NCBI RefSeq assembly: GCF_036321535.1
Contig: NC_087436.1
Coordinates: 107,572,001-107,636,000, forward strand
Origin: Camelus dromedarius
Lineage: Eukaryota
DNA length: 64,000 nt
Direction of reading: 5' to 3'
Shown: positions 13,206 through 27,166 of the stretch, piece after piece
Position numbering within the stretch: position 1 is the stretch's first letter
Layout of the letters: every line of letters begins with the position of its first letter
The notes under the pieces: generated by a model
The model's input: the letters and a program-made list of their open reading frames with translations, nothing else
Told to the model about the DNA's origin: nothing
The model's database searches: none
Translations under genes and position numbers: made by a program

Positions 13206-13311
13206 AGCCTTTTTCCTTTTGCTCTTAATGTTGCCTTTTTATGAACAGAGTTCCTAATTTTTCTAATTTTTTAAAATAGTGTTATTTATGTCCTTTTAAA
13301 GAAATCTTTGC

Positions 13312-13491
13312 AACAACAAGTTCCTACTGTATAGCACAGGGAACTATATTCAGTATCTTGCAATGGCATATAATGAGAATATGAAAAAGAATGTATATGT
13401 ATAAGTGAATCACCATGCTATACACCAGAAACTAGCACAACATTGTAAATCAACTATACTTCAATTTTAAAAAAAGAAAAAAACAAAAGAA
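13312..13491 (+). mobile_element. Young 5'-truncated L1 3' end (cetartiodactyl type) with poly(A) and TSD
   Basis: ctactgtatagcacagggaactatattcagtatcttg...cattgtaaatcaactatacttcaat plus A-rich tail; TSD aaatctttgc at 13302-13311 and 13492-13501. Confidence 0.85.
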
Positions 13492-14469
13492 AAATCTTTG
13501 CTTACCCTAAGATCATTAAGAGATTCTCCTTTGTTTTTTTTAAGAAGCTTTAAATGTGTTTTACCTTTCATATTTAGGTCCGTGATGCTGTGATGTGACT
13601 GGACTTGACTTTTGTGTATGATATGTGGTAGGAGGAGCAAATTCTTGAAATTATTCTTTGTTTCTTAGGGGAAAAATAAAAACCAACATAGACATCAACT
13701 TGTTTTTTATGTCTTGGGTTTTTGTTTTGTTTTGTTTTGTCTTACATTCTTGATTTAAGATCTATTTAAAAATTTTATTTTATTGGCAAACTCTTTATAA
13801 TACTTTGTACTCTGACAAACAGAGGGCTCCCTGAGGTGTTTTTCTCTGGACTTCCTTCCATTATTCAGATCCTGGTGAGTTTAAACAATTACTGAGTTAT
13901 AATTATTATTGATACAATAATAATGGATTATTTAAAACTACCAGTGATTTTCTATTTAGTAATTCTCAGGCTAGAAATAACTCTTGCAAATATATGAACC
14001 TCTGTCAAGTAAACAAAGAATTTCAAACACTTCTTTCATTTATTTGGTTTCTTAGTAACAATTATCTCTGTAATTTTTTAACATACTTTCGGGTGTTCTG
14101 ATGTTCTCTGCATTGGTGGAAAACTTTACTTTCATTTTCTAGCTTAGTATTTTCTTAAACTTTGCGCCATGTGAAAGAGTGACTAAGATCACCATTAAGT
14201 GATAGCCCGTGGTCAAGTAAGCGCCACAGGCAGGGACATTTCCTTTCTTACTACTATATTGCAAACGTGAATGACACTTTTACTTTTTTTCTCACGGGTG
14301 TCTCCTAGTGGCCATTTATGGACAATTTATTTAGTAATTTTTTTTTGAATCTAAGTGATTTGATTTATAAAAAGAGAGAGTGAAAGCCAGAATTATGGGT
14401 AGCAGTGAAATTATAGGGTTTGAGGGCTTTTGAGATGTCACCTTCTCTCCCTGTATGGGTAGGTTTTGT

Positions 14470-14735
14470 TTTTAATAGAGGTATAAGTGTCATACATTGT
14501 ATTAATTCAGGCATAGAATGTGATGGTTCGATATTTGTGTATGTGTATATTGCAAAATGTTCACCACAGTAAATCTAGTTAACATCTATCACCAAACACA
14601 CTTACCATTTTTTTCTCTTGTGATGAAAACTTTCTTCAGATACACAGTATAATATTATTAATAAAGCACATTGTATTGCCAGGACTTTATTTATTTTATA
14701 ACTGGAAACCTGTACCTTTTGACCCCTTCACCTGT
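14470..14735 (-). mobile_element. L1 3' end fragment
   Basis: T-rich start then gaggtataa...caccacagtaaatctagttaacatctatcacca...ttttataactggaaacctgtaccttttgacccc; same family as 32705-32935 and 53450-53780. Confidence 0.7.
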
Positions 14736-14957
14736 GTTTTTGTTATAGTATCACAAAGCCTCTGTTTGTTTACTAATATAATTGAAAATAATTTTTATTC
14801 AGATTTCAGCTTTACCTCTTTTGTTTCAATCTTTAACTTCTCTTAACTTCTTTCTTATCCTGATCTTCTCAATTGTCTTAAATAGTCTTATATTCTCTTG
14901 TATTTTGTTATCAAGATAGAAGGTCATTCTTTTTTTTTTTCAAGTATTCAATAGAAT

Positions 14958-15165
14958 TTTTATTTTATTTTATTTTATTTTATTTTATTTTATTTTATTT
15001 TATTTTATTTTATTTTAAAATTGAAGTACCATCAGTTACAATGTGTCAATCTCTGGTGTACAGCACAATGTCCCAGCCATGCATATATTCATTTACATAT
15101 TTTTTTTCCCATTAGAGGTTATTACAAGATACTAAACAGAGTCCCTGAGCTATACAGAAGAAACT
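14958..15165 (-). mobile_element. L1 3' end whose poly(A) tail has become a (TATTT)n microsatellite (about 14958-15016)
   Basis: (tattt)n then ttgaagtaccatcagttacaatgtgtcaatctctggtgtacagcac...gtccctgagctatacag, reverse-complement similar to the 13312 and 28018 elements. Confidence 0.8.
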
Positions 15166-17733
15166 TTTTTTTAGGAGGTTTTCCTTAACTGAATTTATTT
15201 CCTTTATTAAAAAGGGGGGCGGTCTGCTAACCCTGGCAAACACCTGACCCACAGGCCAGTTCCAGGCAGCTGCTGATTATTTATTTGTTTGATGTTTTGA
15301 ATGCTGGAAAGCTAAGGGTGATTTTTAAATGATTTAATGGTTCCGTTTTAAGTGGTTAGTAAGTGCCTGCGTAACAGCCTCAATTTTGCTCCTGGCCAGC
15401 GAAGCTTAAACTGTTTGCTCTCTGGCTCCTCGCACCTTCCCAGGCTTTTCTCAGCAGGGGTTCTCTTTCATTTTGGGGAAGGTCAGTTTGTTGTGACAAC
15501 CACAGATGCCCCCAGGAAGCAGTGCCCTGTGTGAGCAGTCAGTAGTCCTTGCTCCTTTCTCCAGTCCTGACTTGGAATCGTTAGAGTCAGTGCCCTCTGT
15601 TTCAACACCCAGCTTCTCTCTCATACTCTGTTGCATTTATTTGGTTTTTGAAAAAAACTGATTCCTTTAAACGTGAATATTTTAGAGGACATACTTTGAG
15701 AGCAGAGTTGGCACTTTGATGTTTTATTAGATGACATCCAGCTACCTGTGTTTCGTTATTCTTTGCAAAGGCCTGTGGAAAGCGTGGGGACACCCTTCTG
15801 CTCCGTCCCCAAACCCTGCCAGATGAGATGATTGTGGTGTCTCCAGCGTACAGTGAGGTGACTGTCCCAAACCACACAGCTTGTAAGCAGGTGGCGATGT
15901 GTTCTGGAACATTTCCTAGAGGAAGGGAAAGAGTCAAGAGACCACATCCTAGACACTGAAAGTTTATCCTCAGCTATTGACTCTGCATTGGAAGAGTAAC
16001 TTTTCATAGAAACAAGGGGAAATGTGTCCACTCCAGTGAGTGTCCACTGTTTCTCATGGCCCCGGTAGTTTTTGAATTTTCTCTCTAACATTCTGACTTT
16101 TAGCCGAGTGCAAGTACGTTGAAGCCGTGTACCACAGACAAATGCCGTGGGTGTCTCATCTCACCTGGCAGGTGGTTCAGAATTGAGGGTGGTAGGCTCT
16201 TGTCTTGTATTTTCCCTTCTGGATCTCGGTTTATAGGCTGTCAGCGCTTGAGGGGCCCTGCATTCCCTTCAATATCCAGTGCTTGGCATAGCGCCTGGCC
16301 ACGGTGGGCACCCAGCTAACATTTACTGGGTAAGTAGGTGCATTGCAGGTGTGGGACCCGTCACAGCGTGGTGAGCACTCGGGCTGGAACAGAGTTAGGT
16401 CTGAGTCTTGTCGCGCTCCAGGCCTCCATTCATCACTGGTTCTGGTGAGGGGCTTGTCAGGGCATCCCGATGTGGTCTTTGTAGACCTGTCAGCATACAT
16501 TGTCAACCTCTGATCCTTCTGTGGGAACATGTGCTGCCTCCTTCCATCCTCTGTTGAGGCCGTGTCCCGTGTCCTCGTCTGTCTGTCCCCCGTCCACTTC
16601 CTCCTTCCTTCCATCTAGTGTTTCAAGTTTCAGGAATTGTCTCAAGAGCTTCCTGACTAGACATACATCGCTGTGAACGCCTTCCCACATCTAGCTGTCA
16701 CTGTGTAGCTTTCAGAATCGGTTTAGAAAGACAGTTCAGTGATAGGACCTGGTAAGCCTGTAGCCGTGACTCCTAAACCGTGCTTGTCTGGCATGGCGGC
16801 TGCGGCCCGGGTGAGGTGTCTGCCCAGCCCACTTGGCTCCTTCGTTAGGAAGGAAGGAAGCCTACAGATGTCCACTGTTTTCATTTTAGGAAGCACTGTC
16901 TGCCTCGTTTTTGGAGGCACAGCCTTGGCAGCCAAGCTCTTTTGGAGCTAGTCCTTCCGGCACTTAATGTCTTTGTGCCTCAGTTTTTCAGGCCATGAAA
17001 TGGGGCTAATAATACCTGGCTCATAGGGTTCCTCCGTGTAAGGTGCTGGCACAGTGCCAGGATTATGGTTAACCTCTGTGAGTGACTGGCTGTTACTATT
17101 TGCTGTTACTCATCTTTGACCTCGTTGCTCACATCACCGGGCTGCCCTTGTGCTCATCACATGTCGTTGTGGTCTGATTGTGCGTCTGAGTGCCCTGTGA
17201 CTCGCAGCTTTCAAGGACAAGAACCACAGTTTACCATTATGTCCCTGAGCCTTGCCCAGCGTGTGGTCCATTCGTATTTGTTGGGCTTGACCACAGGCAG
17301 CTAGAGAGGTCTGTTTAGGGTTTATTGACGTGGAGATGCTGCTGTCTTGAGCCTTATCAGCTGGAGAGCGTGCCAAGTGGTAAGTGGGGTGAAACAGCAT
17401 TAAAAAGGGTGAAGTCCATGGTTGCTGTTCTAAATCACTGCTGCTCTCTCTCTGTTACCCTCATGGGAGAGGCAGTATTCACATTTGTAAAGCAGATGGT
17501 CCACAGTGAAACTGTGTGTGTGTGTGTGTGTACACAGTGTGTAAGTAGTTAACACAGTGGAAGTTAGGAAGGCAGTCTTGTGTGAGGAAAATAGCATGAA
17601 ACACAGTCTTCGAAAGGAAGAGGTGTTAAGGGCCAGAGCTCTGTTTATCAGTGTGTTTTAGTTACCAAGAAACTCTTGGTAGTTACATGTCCAGAAACAT
17701 GCTCCTAGAATAACGCTTTCTTTTCCCCCCCAG

Positions 17734-17858
17734 GATTTGACGGGGTCTGATCTCTACACGCAGGCAGCCAGTCTCCTGCACCCTGTGGTTTACACCACTG
17801 CCGTCATTCTTCTTTTGAGCCTCTCCGTAGTCCTTGTCAGTTACATATTCCATCACAG
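17734..17858 (+). CDS. ADGRA3: ADGRA3 coding exon (TM1)
   Basis: Acceptor ttttccccccccag|GAT; encodes DLTGSDLYTQAASLLHPVVYTTAVILLLSLSVVLVSYIFHH; donor CAG|gtgaga; 125 nt, phase 0 to 2. Confidence 0.95.
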
Positions 17859-18031
17859 GTGAGAAATAAAACTTTGCAAATGGAGATCTGTGGACTTGGA
17901 GTCGGAGGAGTTTATGTCACATTTAATTAGGGTGGAACTGAGTTTAAGACCATGCTACCCTTCCAAAGTAAGGACGATTACTTCATAATGCCTACAAGCC
18001 TTCTTCATTCCATGCAATTCAAGACGTAGAT

Positions 18032-18214
18032 GGCAGGAGGGTATAGCTCAGTGGTAGAGCACATGCTTAGCATGCACGAGGGAGGTCCTGGGTTCAGTCC
18101 CCAGTACCTGCATTAAAATAAGTAAGTAAATAGGCCTAATTACCTTCCCCAAAACAAAAACAAACAAAAAACCCAAGCAAAAACTAAATAAAATATTAAA
18201 AAATATTTTTTTAA
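18032..18214 (+). mobile_element. tRNA-Ala-derived SINE (camelid Vic-1 type)
   Basis: gggtatagctcagtggtagagcacatgcttagcatgcacgag...gtcctgggttcagtccccagtacc has A box, AGC anticodon region and B box, then an A-rich tail containing cctaattacc. Degenerate TSD aagacgtagat / aagatgtaaat. Confidence 0.85.
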
Positions 18215-19144
18215 AAGATGTAAATAATTAGTATGTGTGATGGTGAATTCACCTTCTACAGCATTCATTCAATTTGCTGGCTTTGTTTCTGGGGAAGAAT
18301 CTAGGGAGTGTGTGTTGGCGGCTGGGGCTGGGGCACCGGGGGTGAGGTAAAGTGGAGCCTTGTTACCTGCAGAGGTGTTTTCCAGAACTAGACTGTGGTG
18401 TTATTCCTGTTTCATGAATTTGTGCCTGTTGTGTGTAATATTCTTTTATAGACAGCATTAAAGAAAGTTTGTGGCATTTAAGTGTGGAATATGATTTTTG
18501 TTAATTGGAGGCAAAGAAAGCTAGAGAAACTTTTGTTTTATGGTAAGAAATAATGAACTGAAAGCATTTGCTAAGCAGAAACTCACTGTACAAGAGGTTT
18601 TGCTAGAATGTATTTTCCTCTGTAAGCTGGACATACATGACATTTCTTGGCATTTAGTTAAGAAACAGAGATTTTGATATAAAAAAGACAGACTTCAGCA
18701 TTTCACTGTGAAAGGCCAGGGAGAAATATGTTGGGCATTTAGACCACGTTATCCTAGTAGGTCAGGAAAAATATAGACTGGCATCTTACAGAACCTCCCA
18801 GAAAGCAAACAAGTAATCCATCTGTCATAAGACATTGTAACTAACAAAAGCTCACATATTTCTTATTATGGAGAATTTGTTTTGCCTTTAGTGCATCCAG
18901 TCATTCCTTTTAACTTGTCTTTTTTACTGTATAAAGTTAAATGTTAAGAAACTACATTGAGTTGAGTGATTTCTCAAACGTTCTCTGTGTGTGTGTCCAA
19001 TAGTGTGTTTTTAAAATCAAATGTGTGAACGTTTACATTTGGCCTTTTATGAGTTGGAAATGTTAATGTGGAGATGAATATTGTAGTGTCCAGCTTCATA
19101 CTTACTAACCTGCATATTAATTTTTTCTCTTTTTCTTTTAACAG

Positions 19145-19268
19145 CTTGATTAGAATCAGTCTCAAAGGCTGGCACATGCTTGTGAACTTGTGCTTTCATA
19201 TTTTCCTGACCTGTGTGGTCTTTGTGGGAGGAATAACCCAAACTAGAAATGCCAGCGTCTGCCAAGCA
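19145..19268 (+). CDS. ADGRA3: ADGRA3 coding exon (TM2, ECL1)
   Basis: Long pyrimidine tract then aacag|C; encodes (S)[41 protein letters not shown]; donor GCA|gtaagt; 124 nt, phase 2 to 0. Confidence 0.96.
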
Positions 19269-19969
19269 GTAAGTCAAAGTGAAGAACTGGAATGAAAAAA
19301 AAAATACATTGATAGAAAGTAATTTCATATGTTTCATTCGCTATAAAGGAAGCAACGTTTCTTTAAAGTTTTTTCTTTAGCTAATTAAATTTAAACTGAA
19401 TGTCACTTAAACACTTTACCCAGTATATTTCAAGTTTTGAATTATCATTTCACAACTGACTATATGACTTAATAGGGCTTTTTTTTTTTATTTTTGGGAA
19501 TTTTGTGCTACTTGTTATGTCTATTATAATTAATTTTTAAAAATTTATGAAATCTTTACTGTGGCTGAAAGAGAAGTGACATTTTCTGACAGTAGGATAT
19601 TAAAAACTTTTTTATCCTTTTATAAAAATAGGAATTAGAAAAAAATTTCTAATAGGAATTAGAAAAAAATTTAACTGTAAGAAATAAAAATGAGAAACTT
19701 TGTGGTAAATATGAATTAAAAATGTCAACTATTTAATTTCAGATAAGTTACTGCATGTGTAGCCTTAGTGAACAGTATTCTTGCACTACAAAAAAACCAA
19801 ATACTATTCCATGTATGAATAGGGAATATGTAAAGGTTTATTTCTTCACTTGCATGTTGTTTTCCTCACGCACACAGCAAGCAGTGTCACGTAGTAATTT
19901 AAGAGTTCAGACTGCATGGGTTTGGCTCTCGGTCTTGTTTAATGTGTTTTTATGGGCAACTTATTTAAC

Positions 19970-20440
19970 TTTTTTTAATTGCAAAAGAACACATAACAAG
20001 AAATCTACCTTCTTCACCAAGTTTTAAGTGTGTGGTATGGTTGTTAACTCTAGTATACTGTTGCACAGCAGATCTCTGGAACATTTTCATCTCACATGAC
20101 TGAAGCCACACCCTCTCCCATCATCTCCCTCTGCCCCAGCCCCCAGCAGCCTCCATTCCTCTGCTTCTGTGAGCCCGACTCCTTAAATACCTCGTATAAG
20201 TGGAATCATGCAGTGTTTGTCCTTCTGCGACTGACGTATTTATTTAGCGTAATATCCTCACGGGTCATCCGCGTTGTAATATGTGACAGGATTTCCTTCT
20301 TTTATTTATGGCTGAATAAATACTCTGTTGTGTGTGTACACCACATTTTCTTTATTCATTCGTTGTTCCCAGCCTTTGGCTAGGATAACACTGCAGTGAA
20401 CATGGGAAGACGATCATCCTTTCAAGATCTTGATTTCAAT
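19970..20440 (-). mobile_element. L1M (L1MA/MB-like) 3' end
   Basis: acctcgtataagtggaatcatgcagtgtttgtccttctg...tttagcgtaatatcctca...tttatggctgaataaatactc; classic antisense L1 3' UTR. Confidence 0.75.
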
Positions 20441-20509
20441 ATTTAACAGTTCTGTGTCTCAGTTTTCTTACCTGTAAACTGGGAATAATAATTGAGTTGT
20501 CAGGTGATG

Positions 20510-22320
20510 TGATTATTATATTAAAACCTGAAGTAATTGACAGATAAGCTGTTAGAAACAGTAGGAGAGTTTAGCAAAAGTGAATGTAACATTGTTTAGA
20601 ATGTAGTTTAAGATGCAAAAGTTTGCTACTAGTATGCAGAAGTGCAACTATGAGAAAAAAAATGAATGCAAAGATCTCATTTATGTAGTATCAGAGAATA
20701 CCCAGTACTTAGAAATAATTTTAAAATGTTCACGATTTGCAGGTAAAAATTTAATATGTCTTAAAGAAGACCTAAATAAAGTGGCAAGATACACTGGGTC
20801 CAAGGATAGGAAGAATTAAAATCAGAAGGGTGGCCAGTTCCTCCTAAATTAATCTGTAGGTAAGGGAATTTTTCATGAAACACAATAAAATGGCCTTTAA
20901 ATTTATATGAAAGCAAAGAAGGGCCGAAGATAGCTAGAATGCTTCTGAAAAATGGTAGAGTGGGAAGATTTCTAATCATCCAAACTTTGGAAGCTGTTGT
21001 AATTAAAAGTGTGGCATTTGGTGTAGGGATAGGTAAATCAACCAACACAACAGAATAGCTTGCTGGGAAGCAGACCCTTGCAGAGATTTGGTGTAAGACC
21101 CAAGGTCGCACGTCTCATCCTCTGGGTGGAGAGAGACCACTGTACAGCTAAGGGAACTGGGGAAAATCCATTTGGAAAAAGATTAAAATGGATCTCTACC
21201 ACATGCCATATTAAAACAGTCAACTCTGGGTAGATTGAACAGATGTCCAAACCAAAGTGTTAAAATTTTTATTAGAAAATATCATAATCCTTGGGATAAG
21301 GAGGGATTTCTCAAATATGACACTAAAAGGCACTGGCTAGAAAAGGAAGGAGATATATTTGACTAAATTAAAGGTAAGATCTTTTTTAAAAAATTAAGAT
21401 TGCTAAGGAAATGAAAAGACAAGTTCCAAGTTAGAAGAAGCTATTCTCAATACATACCACTGACAGAGCATTAGAATAAACAAATAGATTAAAACCTGTG
21501 AGAATCAGTGAGAATGCCTCAGACAGCCCAGAATTTCTTCTGGTGGTGAGGGTGACAAGCATTTCATAGCAGAGGAAACCCAGGGGGCCAGTAGACCCCT
21601 GACGAGATGCTCAGCGTTGGTGGTCATGGACATGCAGGTTAAGAGAGTTACCATTTTATGCCTTTTCTGGCAGCAAAAATTAAGCCTGGCAATGCCAAGT
21701 ATTGAAGGACATATGGAGCCACATGTTTTATACATAGTGGGTGGGAATGTAAGTGGATTGTTCTGCAAGGCTTTACCTTCTAAAGTTGAACATTCACATA
21801 CCCTGGGACCCACAGCCCCGCTCATGGGCTTGGAGCAAGCTTACCCATCTGGAGCAGACATGTGCCTATGAATATTCACAGCAGCACTCCGCACAGTAGC
21901 AGAAACCTGGAAGCAACCCAGATGCCCATCACTGAGAGAGTGAATGAGTAAACTGTGGCATTATACAAGAGTCAAAATTAATGAATTACAACAAGGCATT
22001 CACAGTGGTACGAGTCAGTCCCAGGAATATAAGTGAAAAAAATAAGTCTTGTAAATTACATTCACCCCCACCCCCTGCCCCGCTAGCTTTTTTCATAAAG
22101 ATAAACGTAACTGAAATGAAGCAGCACACTTTTCACAAAAATATACAGGTGCAATAAAACTGTAAAAAAGGAAAGCAGAGAGATGATCAGTGCAGGAGAT
22201 AGGATGATGATTATCTTGGCTGATGGGGATCTTAAAGTTTGATGAAGGTTTTTGTCAAGGTCTTCTGTCTTACCGATAGATTCTTGGACACTTATTGTTA
22301 ACAAAAACTTATTAAATAAC
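20510..22320 (+). mobile_element. Degenerate old L1M ORF2 end and 3' UTR
   Basis: A-rich L1 ORF2-like text (aaagaagacctaaataaa, gtaattaaaagtgtggcatttgg, gaaacctggaagcaacccagatgcccatca) with no intact ORF. Confidence 0.7.
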
Positions 22321-25300
22321 TAAATAAAGACAGGCTGTGCTTGGGCCAATCATTACAGTATGTCATTAACCTAAGGCTGAGGATCAATCCAATATTGTAT
22401 TCAGGAGATCCAGTTAAAAATACGTGTGTGTGTATTTAAGAATTGTTGAGAGGATTAAATGACTCCAGGGTACCTGGCATACAGTAGGCGCCCAACGATG
22501 TTAGCTATTTCTGCTACTGTTATTGACACAGTTACCTCTTAACTGTGCAGAATATTTAGGCCGTTACTATACATCTGAAAACAAACTGGTTTGGAGTCTA
22601 CAAAATCAGCTTGACAGATGCACACAAGATACTGCTTCTCTTTTCTCAGCCTTTCGCCCCTTCTTCACATGGTCTCAGTTTACTGTTATGGTTTCAGAGA
22701 AACAGTTCCTCCCCTCGCCTCCCCTCCCCTCATTATCCTGTGGTGCTTATTAAAATTCCATGGTACCTTCAGAACTTTGTAATTGACTGTCATTTACTAT
22801 TTATTGTCCCTGGACTCTGCACAGGGACAGGAATTATGTTGATCTGATTCACCGATGTTTATCCAGGGATCAGTAGAAGGCCTGACACGTAGTAGGTGCT
22901 CAGCAAATATTGGGTAAATGAACAAAAAAGGCCTCTGTTGCAAATAGCAGAAATCATTCAACCCTGGAGCCATTTTTTGAGCGTAGACTATTAAGAGCAT
23001 ACCCAGGACACAATGGTAGTAATCGTCTCAATTCTGTCTAAAAATATTCATTGATTCCTTAGAGTAGGCACATAAATTTATTTCACTAAGGAAATGAATA
23101 GAAAGAGGCCATAGTAAAGATGACTGCCTTTCATCATCCTGAATGGTATTTTATGCCATTTCTAGAATGAAAAGGACAGGCATTGCACTGAGTTTTCAGG
23201 GCCTCTAGAACGAGTATCTGTTAGTTAAAGATTTGCCCAGAGAGCGGGGCGGGCAGGTCTCTAGATGTTTTTTGTATGTTGTTTTCTTCTGGTTTTTTTT
23301 TTTTTTTTGACCATGTTCTTTCCTTCCCCTATGGAAGACATAACATCATTCTTGTTATCTCTGACTCAGACATAACTTGCTTCTTACTTAATTCAGTTAG
23401 CAGCCAGCGGGGTCTGCCGGAACAGCCCGTATGACCAGCCATTTAACCTACTAGGGGCTTACTGTTTCTTCTATAAATAATGGGATGGGCTGTTCTTCCA
23501 TCTCTAAAACTGAACCTTGAAGCGTGCATATTTTACATGCAGTCTTTTAAGTGCACATAATCGGTGTGACATGACCTCACTGTTAGGGCTCACGTATTTT
23601 AGGAAGAGTGTGAGCAGGTTCCCACCCTGCAGTGACTGGTGGAGGTTATTAAAGACCCCACCAGCCAGGTCCTGCCCACTCTGCTTGTTACGTTGTCCAT
23701 TCCAGGTGGTACCATGGCTGCATTCTGTAGCCTTTCACTCCCTTTTGCAAAAGGAGCCAGAGGAGAATTGAGAAGCTGGGTGACAGAGGAGAAGGGACGT
23801 TGACTCAAGGTTGGAAGGGATCTGGATTCTAGCACATCTAGCACGATGTGCTGCCAAGTAATTGATTGTTAATTTTCTGGGTCTTGGTTTCCTTAGCTAC
23901 GCAGTGATGGGATTTGGCTCATCTTACTTAAGCTACCTTGTTGCTCTACCACTCCGTGATTGAATCTATTAAATGTAGTGCCCAGTGACCTTCTCAGGTG
24001 TCCTCTGTTATCCAGGGGACTGCTGCAGGGGCACATGAGATGCATTGGGAAAGGTTCAATCCATGGATATGAAGAGCTTTCCACTTGCCAACTACTGCAA
24101 GTGTGTTAACTTTCATATTAACCCCAGGAGGTATTTCTTACTCATATATTTTATAAGTACAGAAATTGAGTCTTAGAGAGTTGAAATAACTTGCCCCAAA
24201 TCACTCGGGCTTTTGGGTGGCAGAGGCATGATTCAAATGCCAGTCTTTTTTGACTCTTGAGTGTTCCTCTCCAGCCCTCCCTAGTAACGGTGCTTTGCTG
24301 TTTAGTGAGGACCAGCAGGGCATAATAGAAGGGTCACAGGCTTTGGGTTTGAGCTGCAGCCCTGCCACTGACCATGTGACCTCTGGTGGACCTCTTTCAG
24401 CTTAAGTCTCCTCTACTGTAACACTAACCAGATGGTGATGCTAAGAGGCTAAAATGGAAGCACATACAAAATTGTGTTATCCATTTTGGGGTCCATCACA
24501 GGCATTCAGCAGTGGAAGCTCTTGTATGGTTTTTGTATGCATATATGATTATGCGAGTGTTAAAGATTTTTTGAACACTTTGATGTGAATGCTGCACTAT
24601 TGTAGGTTTACTGGTGGTTAAAAATCCAATTGTCATGATGTCTAGTCTCTGGTATGTGACTGTGTATGGTTAGGTTAACATGTAAGTACAACTCTTTAGG
24701 ATCATTATTTTGAATCCATTTTGCAGCTTTGGAAATTGATGTCCTAAGTAAGGTGACTTTCTCAAGTTATAATCGTTGCATTTAATAAATCATTTACTTG
24801 CCTTAGGAATTATCTTACTTATTTACAAACTTCCCACATGTATTTCTGATTTATTTGGAAGACATTGTGACAGTGAGGCTGTATTTCATGTATAGCCCAA
24901 GTGTCTGATGGAGAATAAAATAGGAAGAACCTCATTCCAAAATACAGGAGCACCCTCACTCCTAGACCTCAGGGCCTCCTTTATTCTGGCTCTTGTGGAA
25001 TATTTGGTGACTTGCCTGTGTGACTGTTACCAGGTGACATCAGTCTCCTAAAATTCCACGATTGGTAATAATTGTCTAACTAGAGGGGTTCGGTGTCTTT
25101 CAAGTGTGAATACTTCTCTGCGAGCTTTGAAATGCCATGGAAAACACTTCAGAATCTAAAGGTTGAATTTTACTTGGATCCAAAACAAGAAAATTCTCCA
25201 CCTTGCACCTCCTGTGTTCAGAGAATTTTCAGCTTCTGTTTTTAAACTCATTTGCAACCCCGTCTTGTTCTTTTGACCTCTGACTTTTGACCTCTGCGTT

Positions 25301-27020
25301 AGAACTCCAGGAACCGCAGAGCCTGCCATTTTGAGTCAGTAGCAGTGATTTGTTTTGAATGTTTTGGTTTCTGTGCACCAAATCCAATTATACTATTTTT
25401 ATTTACAGTATTCGGTGTGACACCGGATAGTTCAAAGGGTTATTTTATGCTTTTTGTTCCACTTAAACATTTGTAATTTTTACTTTTCTAGTGCAGTCAG
25501 CAAAACCTAGTGGGAACCAAGGAGCCACTTTTCTTCTTAAGAAGAAGAAAACTCTGACTGCTCTGGCTTGGCCAGGCTGGAGCCACCCTCTTAGCGCTTC
25601 CAGTCATTGCAGGGACCGTGACCACCCTAGCTTTCTGCCCTGCAAAGTAATCCCTGCGCCTTCATGTCACTAAGTTGAACTGCAGATTGGCTCTCATTAA
25701 GATGAACCTCTGGCAGCAGTCTGAATGCTTCTGTGACTGACCTACGTTTGATAATGTCAGTCCATTTCATTTTCTTGAGATTAGAGAGCCATCCTTTTAG
25801 AATGATATTTCTTTTTTCTTGGACATTTTTATTAATAGGAGTTTACCTGTGATAATTGTATAAGAAACAATAAGAAGATAGTAATTAGATAAGAAAGCTA
25901 AATTATTCCCTTGATGACACACAGGTATTTATTTTTTCTTAAAATAAATTTTAAACGTCTCTTTGCCCACTGCTTGCCTTCATCTGGAATTTTATCTTTA
26001 ACTGGTGTTGCTTCAAACAGAAATCACATGATAAACATGCCCCCATCACCCCTCCAGGAGGAAACTCGGTGTGACCATTTACGTGTGTTGCAATTAACCG
26101 TCGTTAATCGAGCACTTATTATGTCCCAAGTATTGTGTCCATTCAGTCCCTACAGAAACCACGGGAGATGGTTGATAATCCACTAGGCAAATGAGGAACA
26201 TTAATTTCAAAAAGGTTGACACTGTTTCCTTAAAACCATACTCCTAATAAGTAATAATAAAAGTGTTGCTGTATTTTTCAATTAATTGCTTATCATGTAC
26301 CAGGCAATGTGCTAAATGCTTTATATAGACGATCTTACTGAAAACCTCAACAATGGTTTCACATTCTTCTCAGTTTACACATGAGGAAGGCAGTGCCTGA
26401 GATGCTATGCAGGTTTGCTCAGGTATCACAAGGGGTGGATTCTGATTTTAAAACCAGGCAAAATTGTTGACTCCTTAGCTCACTCATTTAATCACCAATC
26501 TGTTATGTGACTCGCTTACCATTTCAGTATGTGAAAGCTCTGAATTAGAACTGTTCAGGTCTTTGACTCTAAAGCCTATCCTCTGTGTGCTGTGACTTTC
26601 ACACCCCAGTCACCCTTGACCTCTACATTCCTCCTTAAAAGGAGGAACTCAACTCTAATTTATAGCATAGCATCTTGGAGAAACATGCCTTTGGTTTATT
26701 ATTTTTCAAAGCGAATTCTGTGGTGTATTGAGTCATCTCGGTGTAAGTTGTAGTCCGTGGGCCTCCTGGATCCAGCTGTCGGCTAGTCTGTTAGAGGACC
26801 TGCTTGCCTGTTTGCACACCTGTTAGATTGCTTTCTGTGTTTCATTAGCAGGCAGAGGGGTTGATCATGAGAATACTCCATACTGTTTTTGAATCAGATT
26901 TTTGAAAGTAACTTCCCAGTCTTTCTGATAAAGCTTACTGGCAGCTGCTACACTTGATGACTGTTAAGGGTAATTGTTTTTCCCCCTCTTAGTTTACATA
27001 TTCTTCAATCTTCTTTCTAG

Positions 27021-27166
27021 GTTGGAATAATTCTTCATTATTCCACCCTTGCTACAGTACTATGGGTGGGAGTGACAGCTCGAAATATCTATAAACAAGT
27101 CACTAAAAAGGCTAAGAGATGCCAGGATCCTGATGAACTGCCACCTCCACCAAGACCGATGCTCAG
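27021..27166 (+). CDS. ADGRA3: ADGRA3 coding exon (TM3, ICL2)
   Basis: Acceptor ttctttctag|GTT; encodes [48 protein letters not shown]; donor CAG|gtatct; 146 nt, phase 0 to 2. Confidence 0.96.

Larger units (their letters stand above)
11955..13630 (-). mobile_element. Old L1M 3' fragment interrupted by two younger insertions
   Basis: Typical antisense L1M 3' UTR/ORF2-end text (tttattgctgcatagtagtccattgtg, gttgatgggtatttgggttg, gcaaatatcttctccca) resumes after each insertion. Confidence 0.7.

Noticed and set aside
18032..18115. tRNA-Ala gene (also 35160-35235, 51868-51934, 54961-55035)
   Set aside because: Degenerate stems, A-rich tails and TSDs indicate SINE copies rather than functional tRNA genes.
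19627..19672. 24-bp tandem duplication (similar small ones near 25271-25296, 56180-56235 and 60949-60990)
   Set aside because: Ordinary slippage duplications in AT-rich or L1 sequence with no sign of function.
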